Assembly: GCA_028709785.1 (NCBI GenBank)
Contig: JAQUTK010000009.1
Coordinates: 32,200 to 96,199, forward strand
Source of the DNA: Bacteroidales bacterium
Lineage (GTDB): Bacteria; Bacteroidota; Bacteroidia; Bacteroidales; JAQUTK01
Length of the DNA: 64,000 nucleotides
Direction of reading: 5' to 3'
Positions within the stretch are counted from its first letter, which is position 1. Each line of letters begins with the position of its first letter. This document shows positions 33,949 to 43,804 of the stretch, in pieces. The notes below the pieces were generated by a model. It was not told where the DNA came from. It searched no databases and worked only from the letters and a program-made list of their open reading frames with translations. A program made the position numbers and the translations under genes.

Positions 33949-36561
33949 TTATCGTCCGGTCCAGATCATCTCAAAGATCTGAGCAGCTGATCCACTGTTG
34001 TTCTTTAGTTCGACCGATTTTATGTCGCTATAGTTTACTAACGGGATAACAGAGATGGAAGAGGTAAAGGTGCCTGCTTTGACTCGCTTGCCGTTTTTAT
34101 CTATCACAAAAAGGGTGATGTTGGTATTGGCTTCGGGTGAGGTGAGCAAGGTTACTTTTTCAATCGGGAGAAGTGCGCTGCCTAGCTTGTAGGGCGAATT
34201 CTTCTGATTAAGCACAGAAGTGAAATTGTTCCACAAAAGGGTGTTGTTGATCGCAATTGTGGCACCGCCCTTCAGCCAGAAGTTGGAATTGAAGTTGCCG
34301 TCCATCGCCTGAGAGATATTGTTTTCAGGAGATAACGATTGAACGGTCGTGAGAGTAAATTGCTTGAGATACATCTCTTTTTCCTGATCAGTCTTGTTGA
34401 TGAGGCGAATGGATTTGGCAACGGAGCCTCGCAGATCGCAGGTGAGCAACAAACTGTCAGACTGTGCGGTAAGCTGAGTCCATTTTTGATTGTCGCCGGA
34501 TTGTTCCAGGGTAATCCAGTCGTGGTCAGTGGTTCCGGTATTTACGACAAGACTTACCAGATCGGTAAGTATGGGCAAAGAGAGCGTGATGGATTGTCCG
34601 GCTTTTACTTTGATCACTTCATTGACGGGTGCGATGGATAAGGTGTTTTCACCGGATAACAGTTGTGACTTGGATAGCTGACGGATATCACTGTTCAATA
34701 CAGGAAAACTCTGTGTGGCCGGAGCACTCTTCTTGTTATTGATTCCTTCCTGAAGATGGTTGAAAAAGTCCTTTTCCAGAATATCTCTGATCTGACCGGT
34801 GAGGGGATTCATCACCAGTGAACCACTCTTTACACCTGGCTGATACGGGTTTTGGTTGTAGGTCTTGTCTATCTTTTGCATCTCTGAGTCAAATTCAGAC
34901 AAGGCACGGAAATTGTTCCAGAAAAGAAGACCTTTGTCTTTCTGATAAAGCTTGACTAGTTCCAGGGTTTTGACTCCTTTCTTGCCTAACAGATCGAATT
35001 GGAGTAACCAGGGGCGGATCTCATCAATGAGTTCGTCGTTGTCTCTGCACTTGAGGAGTGCGCTCGAGGATTCGATCATTTTTTTGTATTCAGTAATCAA
35101 TGCATCCACGTCTTTAGGGTCGAACTTACCTTCTTTGAAGCTTTTGATAAATCGGTCGACGGTCGGTTTGATCTCCGACGATTCATCCCGACGATAACCG
35201 TGTCCGTTTGGTCCTGGATCGGAGTTATGAGAGGCAAAGACACGCAATGCTGCGGCTTCGGAAGGTATAACGGCTTTGATCGCTCTATCCCAGGATGCAC
35301 CCGGCTTATAGGCTTTCATGTTCCAACAGTATTCTCCTACACTAAAGATAGCCAACTTGGAGGCTTCGGCACGTTCCATCGGGTTGGTAACAAAGCCGGA
35401 CATCTTTTTGGCAATGTCGGTATCGAGTCCGTAAGATGGTCCCATCAGCAGGTGATCGCGTACATAGTCACTTACCGGGAAGTTCCACCAGATATAGGCG
35501 GGTCGTTTGATGCGTGCATTAATGGAATCCATTCCTGCCGAAGTGATGTCGGAGATCACTTTGTCGCCGGTCCACATGATATGAATAGAGGGTTGAAGCT
35601 TCTCACCCAGGATGTCCAGATAGCTTCCTTTGGCCGGATTAGACCATGATTTGTTGTATTCTGTCGGACACATCACCAGTGGGGCAACATCTTTTTTCTT
35701 TCCGATAAACTGTGTGTTGATATAGTTGAGCAGTCCGGCTTGCTTTTCCGGATTGGTGCCCTCGCCGCTGATGTCGTCAAAGAAGACGGCAAAAGCGCGG
35801 ACTCCCAGAGCATACATGCTGTCAAACTTTGCAATCACAGCGGTGCTATCAGCGGCATTCCACCGAATATCTTTGCCCGGATGGACGGCCCACACGAAGT
35901 TGACCTTGTTTTCTTTGGCTATTTTGACCAGTTCGCTGATCTGTGCGGCTTCTTTGGCCGGGTAGGGAAGACGCCAGTTGGGCGAACTGTGGTAAGGATC
36001 GTCTTTAGGTCCATAGATATAGGTGTTCATGCGTACGTTTCCCATGAAGTTGAGCAGACTGATCCGGTCGCGATGACTCCAGGGTGTACCGTAAAATCCT
36101 TCGACAACGCCTCGGTAAGCAATATCAGGTGCGTCAATGATTGTAACCTGAGGCAGCGTATGAATACCAATCATCTGCGCAAAAGATTGTACTCCGTAAT
36201 AGGTACCATTGCCATCGTATCCGGCAATGACGACTTGCTTACTGTCAATGGTCAGATAGTATCCACCCGGCACGGCGGGTATCAGCTTCTGGTATTTTTT
36301 GACAGATTTGTCGCCTTGTTCCCCGATGATGATCCGGATGGCCTTTTTCTTAGCCGGGGTCTCTCTGACAAGTGTTTTCCTGAGCAGTGCGACAGCCTCT
36401 GGATCTGCTTTTGTATCACCTTCCAGCGAATAGCCTGTAATTGTGATTGTTCCTTTTGTTATCTGGATACTATCCGGTTGAGGTGTGATGTTTACTCCTT
36501 GCGCCAATGAGGTAAGCGTGAATACGCTCGAGGCCAGTATGTTTAGTATGATCTTTTTCAT
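33949..36561 (-). CDS. GH84 beta-N-acetylglucosaminidase (O-GlcNAcase-like) with C-terminal accessory domains
   Basis: GVVEGFYGTPWSHRDRISLLNFMGNVRMNTYIYGPKDDPYH and the catalytic pair context FAVFFDDISGEG closely match the characterised Bacteroides GH84 enzyme as I recall it. Signal peptide MKKIILNILASSVFTLTSLAQ. Confidence 0.9.
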   Translation of the reverse strand: MKKIILNILASSVFTLTSLAQGVNITPQPDSIQITKGTITITGYSLEGDTKADPEAVALLRKTLVRETPAKKKAIRIIIGEQGDKSVKKYQKLIPAVPGGYYLTIDSKQVVIAGYDGNGTYYGVQSFAQMIGIHTLPQVTIIDAPDIAYRGVVEGFYGTPWSHRDRISLLNFMGNVRMNTYIYGPKDDPYHSSPNWRLPYPAKEAAQISELVKIAKENKVNFVWAVHPGKDIRWNAADSTAVIAKFDSMYALGVRAFAVFFDDISGEGTNPEKQAGLLNYINTQFIGKKKDVAPLVMCPTEYNKSWSNPAKGSYLDILGEKLQPSIHIMWTGDKVISDITSAGMDSINARIKRPAYIWWNFPVSDYVRDHLLMGPSYGLDTDIAKKMSGFVTNPMERAEASKLAIFSVGEYCWNMKAYKPGASWDRAIKAVIPSEAAALRVFASHNSDPGPNGHGYRRDESSEIKPTVDRFIKSFKEGKFDPKDVDALITEYKKMIESSSALLKCRDNDELIDEIRPWLLQFDLLGKKGVKTLELVKLYQKDKGLLFWNNFRALSEFDSEMQKIDKTYNQNPYQPGVKSGSLVMNPLTGQIRDILEKDFFNHLQEGINNKKSAPATQSFPVLNSDIRQLSKSQLLSGENTLSIAPVNEVIKVKAGQSITLSLPILTDLVSLVVNTGTTDHDWITLEQSGDNQKWTQLTAQSDSLLLTCDLRGSVAKSIRLINKTDQEKEMYLKQFTLTTVQSLSPENNISQAMDGNFNSNFWLKGGATIAINNTLLWNNFTSVLNQKNSPYKLGSALLPIEKVTLLTSPEANTNITLFVIDKNGKRVKAGTFTSSISVIPLVNYSDIKSVELKNNSGSAAQIFEMIWTGR

Positions 36562-36590
36562 ATTTATCGAATATTACTAGTTAGACCTTG

Positions 36591-36598
36591 CAAAGGTA
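36591..36598 (-). promoter_or_regulatory. Candidate -7 promoter box (TACCTTTG on minus strand) for the GH84 gene
   Basis: The plus strand reads CAAAGGTA. It lies 30 nt upstream of the ATG at 36561. Confidence 0.35.
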
Positions 36599-36609
36599 TG
36601 GAAAAAAGG

Positions 36610-36617
36610 TAACTTTG
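36610..36617 (+). promoter_or_regulatory. Candidate -7 promoter box (TAACTTTG) for the SIMPL-nfo pair
   Basis: Exact TAnnTTTG match, 32 nt upstream of the ATG at 36649. This argues against the TTG start at 36628. Confidence 0.35.
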
Positions 36618-36648
36618 TATCTGATATTTGCATGACAGACTTTTAAAA

Positions 36649-37374
36649 ATGATGAATATGGGACATGAAGGGAAAGACAGCATGGCGGGAGCCGGCTTAT
36701 TTATTGCAATCGGACTGGTTGCAATGGGTTTTTTGTTGAAAAGTGCGATTGTGACTTTCAAGGATTCTGAACGGGTAGTCTATGTGAAAGGACTGGCTGA
36801 AAAAGAGGTGCCGGCCGATCAGGTCATCTGGCCATTGGTATTTAAGGAGGTCGGTGATGATCTTCCTACTTTGTATGAAGCAATTGAAACGAAGAATCAG
36901 GCGATCCTTTCTTTTCTGAAGAGCAATGGCATTGAGGAGTCTGAGATTACGTTTTCTGCTCCTACGCTTATTGATATGAAAGCAGAACGATATGGAAGTA
37001 ATGAGGCTCCTTACCGTTACAATGTAACTTCTGTGCTGACGGTCTCTTCGTCGAAGGTGGATGTGGTGCGTCAGCTGATGCTTCGACAGAAGGATCTGTT
37101 GAAACAGGGTATCGCGATATCCGGTGGCGACTTTCAATATACCACGCAGTTTAATTTCACCAAATTGAATGAGGTGAAGCCCGGAATGATTGCTGAGGCA
37201 ACCAGCAATGCGCGCGTGTCGGCGGAGAAGTTTGCGAAAGATTCTGAAAGTGATCTGGGCAAGATAAAAAGTGCGACTCAGGGACAGTTTTCCATCTCTG
37301 ACAGGGATGCGAATACTCCTTATATCAAAACGATCAGAGTGGTTACTACTATTGAATATTATCTGAAAGATTAA
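36649..37374 (+). CDS. SIMPL-domain (DUF541) protein
   Basis: A membrane anchor [18 protein letters not shown] is followed by ...[24 protein letters not shown]..., typical of Bacteroidales SIMPL-domain proteins. The exact start is uncertain (36649, 36652 or 36658). Confidence 0.7.
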   Translation: MMNMGHEGKDSMAGAGLFIAIGLVAMGFLLKSAIVTFKDSERVVYVKGLAEKEVPADQVIWPLVFKEVGDDLPTLYEAIETKNQAILSFLKSNGIEESEITFSAPTLIDMKAERYGSNEAPYRYNVTSVLTVSSSKVDVVRQLMLRQKDLLKQGIAISGGDFQYTTQFNFTKLNEVKPGMIAEATSNARVSAEKFAKDSESDLGKIKSATQGQFSISDRDANTPYIKTIRVVTTIEYYLKD

Positions 37375-37376
37375 GT

Positions 37377-38222
37377 ATGAAATACATCGGAGCTCATGTG
37401 AGTGCTTCGGGTGGTGTGGAAAACGCGCCGCTGAACGCGCAGGCAATCGGAGCAAAAGCTTTTGCTCTGTTTACAAAGAATCAACGGCAATGGGTGGCTG
37501 AACCCCTGAGTGCGAAGAGTATCTCTTTGTTTAAGGAAAGGTGTGCCGAGTTTGGTTTTGCCCCTTCACAGATACTTCCGCATGACAGCTATCTCATCAA
37601 CCTGGGTCATCCGGAGACGGACGGATTGGAAAAATCGAGAGCCGCGTTTCTGGATGAGATGCAGCGGTGCGAACAGTTGGGACTGGACCGGCTGAACTTT
37701 CATCCGGGAAGCCATCTGAAGGCTATCTCTGTCGAGGAGTGTTGCCGCAGGGTATCGGAATCGATCAATAGAGCCTTGGATAAGACGCAGGGTGTGATCG
37801 CGGTCATTGAGAATACAGCCGGACAGGGGAGTAACATTGGTAATACCTTTGAAGAACTGGCCCTGATAATTGACGGAGTCGAGGATAAAAGCCGGGTGGG
37901 TATTTGCATTGACACTTGTCATACCTATACTGCAGGGTATGATCTTTCAACACGTGAGGGATATGAACAGGTATTCCGACGGTTGAATGATATTGTCGGA
38001 TTTAATTATCTGAGGGGGATGCATCTCAACGAATCAAAGAAAGCGCTTAACTCGCATGTGGACCGACATGACAGTCTGGGAGATGGTCTTATTGGCTCGC
38101 AACTGTTTGATATGCTGATGAATGATCCCCGAATGGAAGATATTCCGCTGATATTGGAGACACCGGATGAGACCCGTTGGGCGAGAGAAATTGAGTATCT
38201 TTATGGATTAATTCGCGGATGA
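37377..38222 (+). CDS. nfo: Deoxyribonuclease IV (endonuclease IV)
   Basis: [13 protein letters not shown]..., ...[11 protein letters not shown]..., ...NFHPGSH..., ...VIENTAGQG..., ...IDTCH... and ...HLNES... are the Nfo metal-site motifs. Confidence 0.9.
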   Translation: MKYIGAHVSASGGVENAPLNAQAIGAKAFALFTKNQRQWVAEPLSAKSISLFKERCAEFGFAPSQILPHDSYLINLGHPETDGLEKSRAAFLDEMQRCEQLGLDRLNFHPGSHLKAISVEECCRRVSESINRALDKTQGVIAVIENTAGQGSNIGNTFEELALIIDGVEDKSRVGICIDTCHTYTAGYDLSTREGYEQVFRRLNDIVGFNYLRGMHLNESKKALNSHVDRHDSLGDGLIGSQLFDMLMNDPRMEDIPLILETPDETRWAREIEYLYGLIRG

Positions 38223-38247
38223 GATCTCTTAATATCCGAATAATCTC

Positions 38248-38255
38248 TATATTTG
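38248..38255 (+). promoter_or_regulatory. Candidate -7 promoter box (TATATTTG) for tatA-tatC
   Basis: Exact TAnnTTTG match, 53 nt upstream of the ATG at 38308. Confidence 0.4.
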
Positions 38256-38307
38256 TGGGCTCAAAATGAAAAGTCAACAGAAATATAAACGCTAAATACG
38301 CATAAAA

Positions 38308-38514
38308 ATGGAAACTGGAGTTTTATTGTTTAATTTGGGAACGCCTGAAGTTATCGGGATTGTAGTTATTGTACTTTTACTTTTTGGTGGAAAGAAAATC
38401 CCTGAATTGATGAAAGGTCTCGGTAAAGGAGTAAAAAGCTTCAAGGACGGAGTCAAAGATGTTGAAAAAGAGATAGACGAAGCCACTAAAGACGATAACG
38501 ACGCGAAGAAGTAA
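38308..38514 (+). CDS. tatA: Twin-arginine translocase subunit TatA/TatE
   Basis: 68 aa. The TM segment [33 protein letters not shown] shows the canonical TatA hinge and amphipathic helix. Confidence 0.85.
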   Translation: METGVLLFNLGTPEVIGIVVIVLLLFGGKKIPELMKGLGKGVKSFKDGVKDVEKEIDEATKDDNDAKK

Positions 38515-38515
38515 G

Positions 38516-39367
38516 ATGCCGGAAAGTGAAGAAATGGGTGAGATGTCCTTTTGGGATCATCTCGATGCGTTGCGTTGGACTCTGATGCGTTCAGTTGTGG
38601 CGTTGATTCTCTTTGCCATTTTGTTTTATTGCTTCATGCCCTATTTGTTTGATCATGTCATCCTGGCTCCCTGCCGGGGTGATTTTGTATTGTATGAATG
38701 GATCCGAATGTTGGGTGCGCAAATTCCGTTTTTTCCGGATTTTGGCAACGAAGCTTATGAGGTAAAGATCGTCAATATTGCATTGGCTTCACAGTTCTTC
38801 ATCCATATATCTACCTCATTCTCTTTTGCGGTGGTGGCTGCATTTCCCTATCTTATTTTTGAAATATGGCGGTTTATCAGTCCGGCATTGTATGAGACAG
38901 AAAAGAAAAAAGCCCGTTGGGTACTGGTTTTCGGAACAGTTATGTTCTTTTGCGGGGTGGCTTTAGGTTATTTCATGATCTTTCCGATGACCTTGCGTTT
39001 CCTCGCCGATTACAACCTCAGCGCCTACATTGTCAATCAGGTATCACTTGATTCCTATATGGATAACTTTTTGATGATGATCTTTGCGATGGGAATTGTT
39101 TTCGAACTTCCGCTGGTTTCCTGGTTTCTCTCTCAGATAGGATTGGTGCGTAAGTCTTTCTTCCGTACGTACAGAAGACACGCGTTTGTAGTCTGCTTTA
39201 TTGTTGCGGCTATAATTACTCCATCGGGTGATCCGTTTACGATGACAGCCGTGGGATTGCCGCTTTACCTGTTGTATGAGATGAGTATCTTTTTGGTCAA
39301 AGCAGATAAACCGGTAGAGGAGGAAGAAGAAGATGAAACAGCACTTACACATGCTGAAGATGAATAA
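38516..39367 (+). CDS. tatC: Twin-arginine translocase subunit TatC
   Basis: MSFWDHLDALRWTLMRS is followed by six predicted TM segments. It starts 1 nt after the tatA stop. Confidence 0.9.
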   Translation: MPESEEMGEMSFWDHLDALRWTLMRSVVALILFAILFYCFMPYLFDHVILAPCRGDFVLYEWIRMLGAQIPFFPDFGNEAYEVKIVNIALASQFFIHISTSFSFAVVAAFPYLIFEIWRFISPALYETEKKKARWVLVFGTVMFFCGVALGYFMIFPMTLRFLADYNLSAYIVNQVSLDSYMDNFLMMIFAMGIVFELPLVSWFLSQIGLVRKSFFRTYRRHAFVVCFIVAAIITPSGDPFTMTAVGLPLYLLYEMSIFLVKADKPVEEEEEDETALTHAEDE

Positions 39368-39419
39368 TCGTGGTGTAGCCACTTCATGTAACAGAACCGG
39401 CAGATAGCCGGGAGAAGAA

Positions 39420-40286
39420 ATGAAAATTACAGAACTGTTTAAAACTGATCAACGTACCTATTCATTTGAGTTCTTTCCTCCCAAGGATGAGATCTCCGCT
39501 GTGGATTTTGGTATCAATGTGGGGACTTTACTCAAACTTGCACCTTCTTTTGTAACGGTGACATACGGTGCGGGAGGGTCCAATCAGGAACGTACGTTCG
39601 CATTGGTTGATTATCTGAATAATAAGATCGGTCTGAATACGATGGCACATTATACTTGTGTCAACGCTTCTAAAGAGAAGATCCGTACGGATTTGATGTG
39701 GTTGAAAGAGCATGGTATTGAGAACCTGATGGTGCTGCGTGGCGATCCTCCCAAGGGAGAGACGGTCTTTAAAGTGCATCCGGAAGGTTTTGCATATGCT
39801 TCAGATCTGGCCGCTTTTGTACGGTCTGAGTTCGACTTCTGTCTGGGTGGCGCTGCTTATCCGGAGAAACATCCGGAAGCTTTGGATCTGGATGCCGATA
39901 TTGCCAGTCTGAAGAAGAAGGTGGACGCCGGATGTGAATTTCTGATGACACAGCTGTTTTTCAATAACGAACGATATCTGGAACTGGTGAAACGCGCACG
40001 TGTTGCCGGTATTGAATGCCGTATCATTCCGGGTATCATCCCGCTGACAGCCTACTCACAGATTGAGCGCTTTACACGGATGAGCCAGACGGAGATACCG
40101 GAAGGAGTACTGGATCGGATGGAAAGTTACAAGGATCAACCTCAAAAGATTTATCAGATCGGTATGGACTTTGCGGTTAGTCAGTGTCGTGACCTCTTGA
40201 TGATGGGTGCACCGGGACTACACTTTTATACGTTGAACAAGTCGCGTGCGACGGTAGAGATTTTTGAGACATTACAACGCGGGTGA
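39420..40286 (+). CDS. metF: Methylenetetrahydrofolate reductase
   Basis: YSFEFFPPK..., ...FVTVTYGAGGS..., ...HYTC... and ...NLMVLRGDPP... are MetF signature blocks. Confidence 0.9.
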   Translation: MKITELFKTDQRTYSFEFFPPKDEISAVDFGINVGTLLKLAPSFVTVTYGAGGSNQERTFALVDYLNNKIGLNTMAHYTCVNASKEKIRTDLMWLKEHGIENLMVLRGDPPKGETVFKVHPEGFAYASDLAAFVRSEFDFCLGGAAYPEKHPEALDLDADIASLKKKVDAGCEFLMTQLFFNNERYLELVKRARVAGIECRIIPGIIPLTAYSQIERFTRMSQTEIPEGVLDRMESYKDQPQKIYQIGMDFAVSQCRDLLMMGAPGLHFYTLNKSRATVEIFETLQRG

Positions 40287-40309
40287 TCAACTCCCGCCGG
40301 ATAATAGAA

Positions 40310-40341
40310 AAAGAGTTTCGGAAAGAGTTCCGAAGCTCTTT
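40310..40341. terminator. Bidirectional terminator hairpin between metF and the UpxY-like gene
   Basis: AAAGAGTTTCGG, loop AAAGAGTT, then CCGAAGCTCTTT form a 12-bp stem with one G-U or mismatch position. It is flanked by A-rich sequence on one side and a T-run on the other. Confidence 0.55.
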
Positions 40342-40342
40342 T

Positions 40343-40861
40343 TTATATCTTTTCGATAGTACTGATAGCAACAGTCGTCATGGCACAACCAAAGGTATCC
40401 AGTCGCACCACCACCTTGTATTTTCCCCTTATTTCGACTAGTTCGCCGTAAACTCCTTCGAGCTCACCTTGCTTGATCCGTACTGAAATACCGGGTTGAA
40501 TGTCTTCCATTGTAAACTCAACTTCTTCCGTCGATTTATCAACCATCAGTTGCATATTTCTCATCTGTGATTCCGGAATGATGGCAGGAGTACCTTTGTC
40601 TCTGACAAACTGGACGACACCGGGCATCTGTTTCACTTTACGTATGTCATCGGGAGTAATGCGGACAAAAATATACCCGTTGATAACAGGCACTGTGACT
40701 ATCTTTTTGCGGTCGCTCCAGACACGCGTCACTTCACGCAGTGGGAGGTAGTGTGTGATATTCTCTTTTTCAAATCTTTCTTTTACTTTCTTTTCTGCTC
40801 TGGAAGCAGTATATAGCGCATACCACTGATACTCATTAGTCTGATCCATTGTTTGATCCAT
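40343..40861 (-). CDS. UpxY-family (NusG-like) transcription antiterminator
   Basis: The NGN domain reads WYALYTASRAEKKVKERFEKENITHYLPL...GYIFVRI. The C-terminal KOW-like segment reads GISVRIKQGELEGVYGELVEI. Confidence 0.8.
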   Translation of the reverse strand: MDQTMDQTNEYQWYALYTASRAEKKVKERFEKENITHYLPLREVTRVWSDRKKIVTVPVINGYIFVRITPDDIRKVKQMPGVVQFVRDKGTPAIIPESQMRNMQLMVDKSTEEVEFTMEDIQPGISVRIKQGELEGVYGELVEIRGKYKVVVRLDTFGCAMTTVAISTIEKI

Positions 40862-40907
40862 TGTCTGTATGAAACGGTTAATTTATTGACAGGCTTCTTT
40901 GCTGCAT

Positions 40908-40915
40908 CAAAGGTA
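40908..40915 (-). promoter_or_regulatory. Candidate -7 promoter box (TACCTTTG on minus strand) for the UpxY-like gene
   Basis: The plus strand reads CAAAGGTA. It lies 47 nt upstream of the ATG at 40861. Confidence 0.35.
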
Positions 40916-40959
40916 CATAATTTCATTGGAAAGATTGCTTTGATGTTCATCTGTTTTAC

Positions 40960-40967
40960 TATTTTTG
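40960..40967 (+). promoter_or_regulatory. Candidate -7 promoter box (TATTTTTG)
   Basis: Exact TAnnTTTG match, 23 nt upstream of the ATG at 40990. Confidence 0.3.
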
Positions 40968-40989
40968 TCTTCTTATAATAATACATCTC

Positions 40990-43638
40990 ATGAGAACTTT
41001 CTTCAATTTATTTATTTTGTTTCTCCTTTTGCAGGGTTTTGTAGCGCAAGCGCAACAGGATCAAGACAGTCAATGGTATAATGCTGTCGGGCGGCACAAG
41101 GACAACAAGGCTCCAGTGAAAGATGCGATACGGCAAAAAACAATCAATAGAATGGATTCAGCTGCCCATTCAGCATGGACAAAACTGTTGGTGGGCAATA
41201 CGCTTTCATCTGTTGGGCAGGTGGTTCATCCGGCGGGTACAAGTCTTAGTTTGATGGAAGGTGATCGTGTGATGAGTGTGCAAATGGTGCGACACAATAA
41301 CTTTTTGGTTGCCAAAACAAATGGGCATCTCTCCATTGTAGATGCAAATGATTTCAAGGTGGTCAGTAACGAAGCTTTCCCTGAAAAGAATGATGGTGGA
41401 TCGATGTATGGTCTTGTTATTGGCAAAGATGACTCTACTGTCTATTTCACAGGATTACAGAAGAATCTTTATGTTGGAACGGTGAGTAAAAAGGGGGAGT
41501 TTACGCATTCAAAAACCATCGATTTATCCATCAATAAGAAATACACTAACCCCTTGGGGATTGGATTGAGCAATAATCTGGCTTTTGTGGCTCTGGCAGT
41601 TGCCAATAAGGTCGCAGTGGTCGATCTTGTGAAGGGAAAAGTACTTTCCAATATTCCAGTGGGTGTTTGTCCGTATGCTGTGGTGATAAGCAAGGATGGA
41701 ACTACTGCCTTTGTAAGTAATTTTGGTGGTCCCGAGCCGGGGAAAGGGGATAAAACGGAAAAGTCGGCCGGAACAGAAGTGGCTGTTGACGAACGTTCGG
41801 TTGCCCTTCGGGGTTCTGTTTCTGTTATTGATGTGAAGTCACAAAAAGTAGTGGCGGAAATTGTTACCCGCATTCATCCTGAGTCCATGATTTTGTCGCC
41901 CGATGGAAAGTGTCTTTATGTAACGGATGCCAGTGGTGATGGAATAAGTGTTATAGAGATTAAGTCCCGCAAAGTGATTCATACAATTGATACCAAGCCT
42001 GATCCTACCTTGCCTTATGGAAGTTTAACCACCGGACTGGCATTTAGTTCTGATGGAAAAATACTTTATGCTGCCAATGCCGGTAATAATTCCATTGCAC
42101 TCATTCATACTTCTCATCCTGAGGAAGGACCTTACGGTTTTATTGCGGCGGGTGGATTTCCCGGTGCTATTTGTGTGACCGAAAAGCATCTTTTTATTGG
42201 AAATGTGGTTCCGTTGAAGGGCGCACTGCAAAAGGTGTTATTGCCAACTGACAAAAAAGAACTCGATTCATATACGCGGGAAGCCTTTCAGGGATTTCAT
42301 TTAATTGAGTTGCTGCGGGCTCAGGCTGCTGCTCAATCGGGTGTTGCTCCCAAACCCATTCCTGCAAATCCAGGCGAACCATCCTCCATCAAGCATGTGG
42401 TATATATTATAAAGGAGAATAAAAAGTTTGATCAGGTGTTGGGCGATTTTGGAAAAGGGAATTGTGAACCAAAACTGGTTGAGTTTGGCAAGGAGATTAC
42501 TCCCAACATACATGCGCTGGCGAGTAAGTATGTGCTCCTCGACAACTATTATTGCAATGGTATCCTTTCCAGTGATGGGCATCAATGGGCGGTTCAAGGT
42601 ATTACAACGCCTTATCGGGAGAAAGATTTTTCAGGCGGACATTGTGCGTACGACTTTGGAACAGATCCTTTGTGCTATGCTGGGTGCGGATTTATCTGGG
42701 ACCATTTGTTACGCAAAGGTATCTCTTTCCGTAATTTCGGCGAACTTGATTTTCCGGTAAGAGTGAAAGGAGATAGCTGGACGGACTTTTATAATTCGTG
42801 GAAAAACAAAAATGATTCGACCCAATTTAGATGTGTTTACTCCCTTGAAACGTTGAACAAATATAGTGATATGCGTTATCCGGGCTGGGACATGAATATT
42901 AATGATCAAATCAGAGCTGATGCATTTATCAATGCCTTGTCGGAATACGAAACACAAGGCACTCTCCCTGAATTTATAATTGTCTACCTGCCGAATGACC
43001 ATACGCGTTCGTATAGCGAAAACGCCCCCACACCTCGTGCTTATGTAGCCGATAATGATCTGGCAACAGGTAGGGTGGTGGATGCGCTTTCAAAGAGTTC
43101 GTTCTGGAAAGACATGGTTGTTTTTATCAATGAGGATGATCCTCAGACGGGAACCGATCATGTGGATGGTCATCGCTCGTTTTGTTTGCTGGCTGGTCCT
43201 TACGTGAAGCGCGATTCGGTCATCAGTACTTTTTATAATCAATCATCCGTTTTGCACACTATCTGTCAGATATTTGGTGTACGATCCATGAATCAATTGG
43301 TGGCACTGGCTCCTCTGATGACGCGATGTTTTCAAGATGTGCCTGATTATTCCGCCTACAATCATGTAATCCCTGCGGTGGCAATAAATGAAATGAACCC
43401 TGTCAAGAGCCAGCTGAAGTCGAAGACAGAAGCTCGCTTAGCACCCCAAACAGAAAAACTGGATTTTTCCAGACCCGACCTGATTGACAAAGACGCATTG
43501 TTGTTTAGTAAGTATGTATGGGCGTCTATTCACGGCGATATTCCCTTTCCGTCCAGCTATTTCGGGAGACATGGAAAGGGACTGAAAGAACTTGGGCTAA
43601 AAGTAGATCCCAATGCAATCGACGATATGGATGATTGA
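40990..43638 (+). CDS. Fusion of YncE/YVTN-type beta-propeller and phosphoesterase (PlcN/AcpA, alkaline-phosphatase superfamily) domains
   Basis: Signal peptide MRTFFNLFILFLLLQGFVAQA. Repeated ...VAVVDLVKGKVLSNIPVG..ISKDGTTAFVSN..., ...VSVIDVKSQKVV...LSPDGKCLYVTD... and ...SSDGKILYAANAGNNSIALI are YVTN-like blades. IKHVVYIIKENKKFDQVLGDFG and ...NDHT... are phosphoesterase-family motifs. Confidence 0.8.
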   Translation: MRTFFNLFILFLLLQGFVAQAQQDQDSQWYNAVGRHKDNKAPVKDAIRQKTINRMDSAAHSAWTKLLVGNTLSSVGQVVHPAGTSLSLMEGDRVMSVQMVRHNNFLVAKTNGHLSIVDANDFKVVSNEAFPEKNDGGSMYGLVIGKDDSTVYFTGLQKNLYVGTVSKKGEFTHSKTIDLSINKKYTNPLGIGLSNNLAFVALAVANKVAVVDLVKGKVLSNIPVGVCPYAVVISKDGTTAFVSNFGGPEPGKGDKTEKSAGTEVAVDERSVALRGSVSVIDVKSQKVVAEIVTRIHPESMILSPDGKCLYVTDASGDGISVIEIKSRKVIHTIDTKPDPTLPYGSLTTGLAFSSDGKILYAANAGNNSIALIHTSHPEEGPYGFIAAGGFPGAICVTEKHLFIGNVVPLKGALQKVLLPTDKKELDSYTREAFQGFHLIELLRAQAAAQSGVAPKPIPANPGEPSSIKHVVYIIKENKKFDQVLGDFGKGNCEPKLVEFGKEITPNIHALASKYVLLDNYYCNGILSSDGHQWAVQGITTPYREKDFSGGHCAYDFGTDPLCYAGCGFIWDHLLRKGISFRNFGELDFPVRVKGDSWTDFYNSWKNKNDSTQFRCVYSLETLNKYSDMRYPGWDMNINDQIRADAFINALSEYETQGTLPEFIIVYLPNDHTRSYSENAPTPRAYVADNDLATGRVVDALSKSSFWKDMVVFINEDDPQTGTDHVDGHRSFCLLAGPYVKRDSVISTFYNQSSVLHTICQIFGVRSMNQLVALAPLMTRCFQDVPDYSAYNHVIPAVAINEMNPVKSQLKSKTEARLAPQTEKLDFSRPDLIDKDALLFSKYVWASIHGDIPFPSSYFGRHGKGLKELGLKVDPNAIDDMDD

Positions 43639-43743
43639 ACCGTATGAAAAGATGTTGTGTCTGGCTTGTCTCCAACATAACTGCCGCAATTATCATTGGG
43701 AGGATCTAAATCATTCCGAATGGCGGTGAAAAAGAGGAAAGCA

Positions 43744-43774
43744 TTTGGAAACCTTTATTTTTTTGCGATCTTTG
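43744..43774 (+). promoter_or_regulatory. Candidate promoter (-33 TTTG, 19-nt gap, -7-like GATCTTTG)
   Basis: TTTG lies at 43744-43747 and GATCTTTG at 43767-43774. The latter has one mismatch to TAnnTTTG. This would place the TSS upstream of the GTG at 43805. Confidence 0.25.
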
Positions 43775-43804
43775 CATGTGAATCTTTTACATGATACGAA
43801 TAGA

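Noticed and set aside
35740-37455. Long antisense ORFs 35740..36510 (+) and 36697..37455 (-)
   Set aside because: They are opposite the GH84 gene and the SIMPL/nfo genes respectively, both of which have strong family signatures. No independent support exists.
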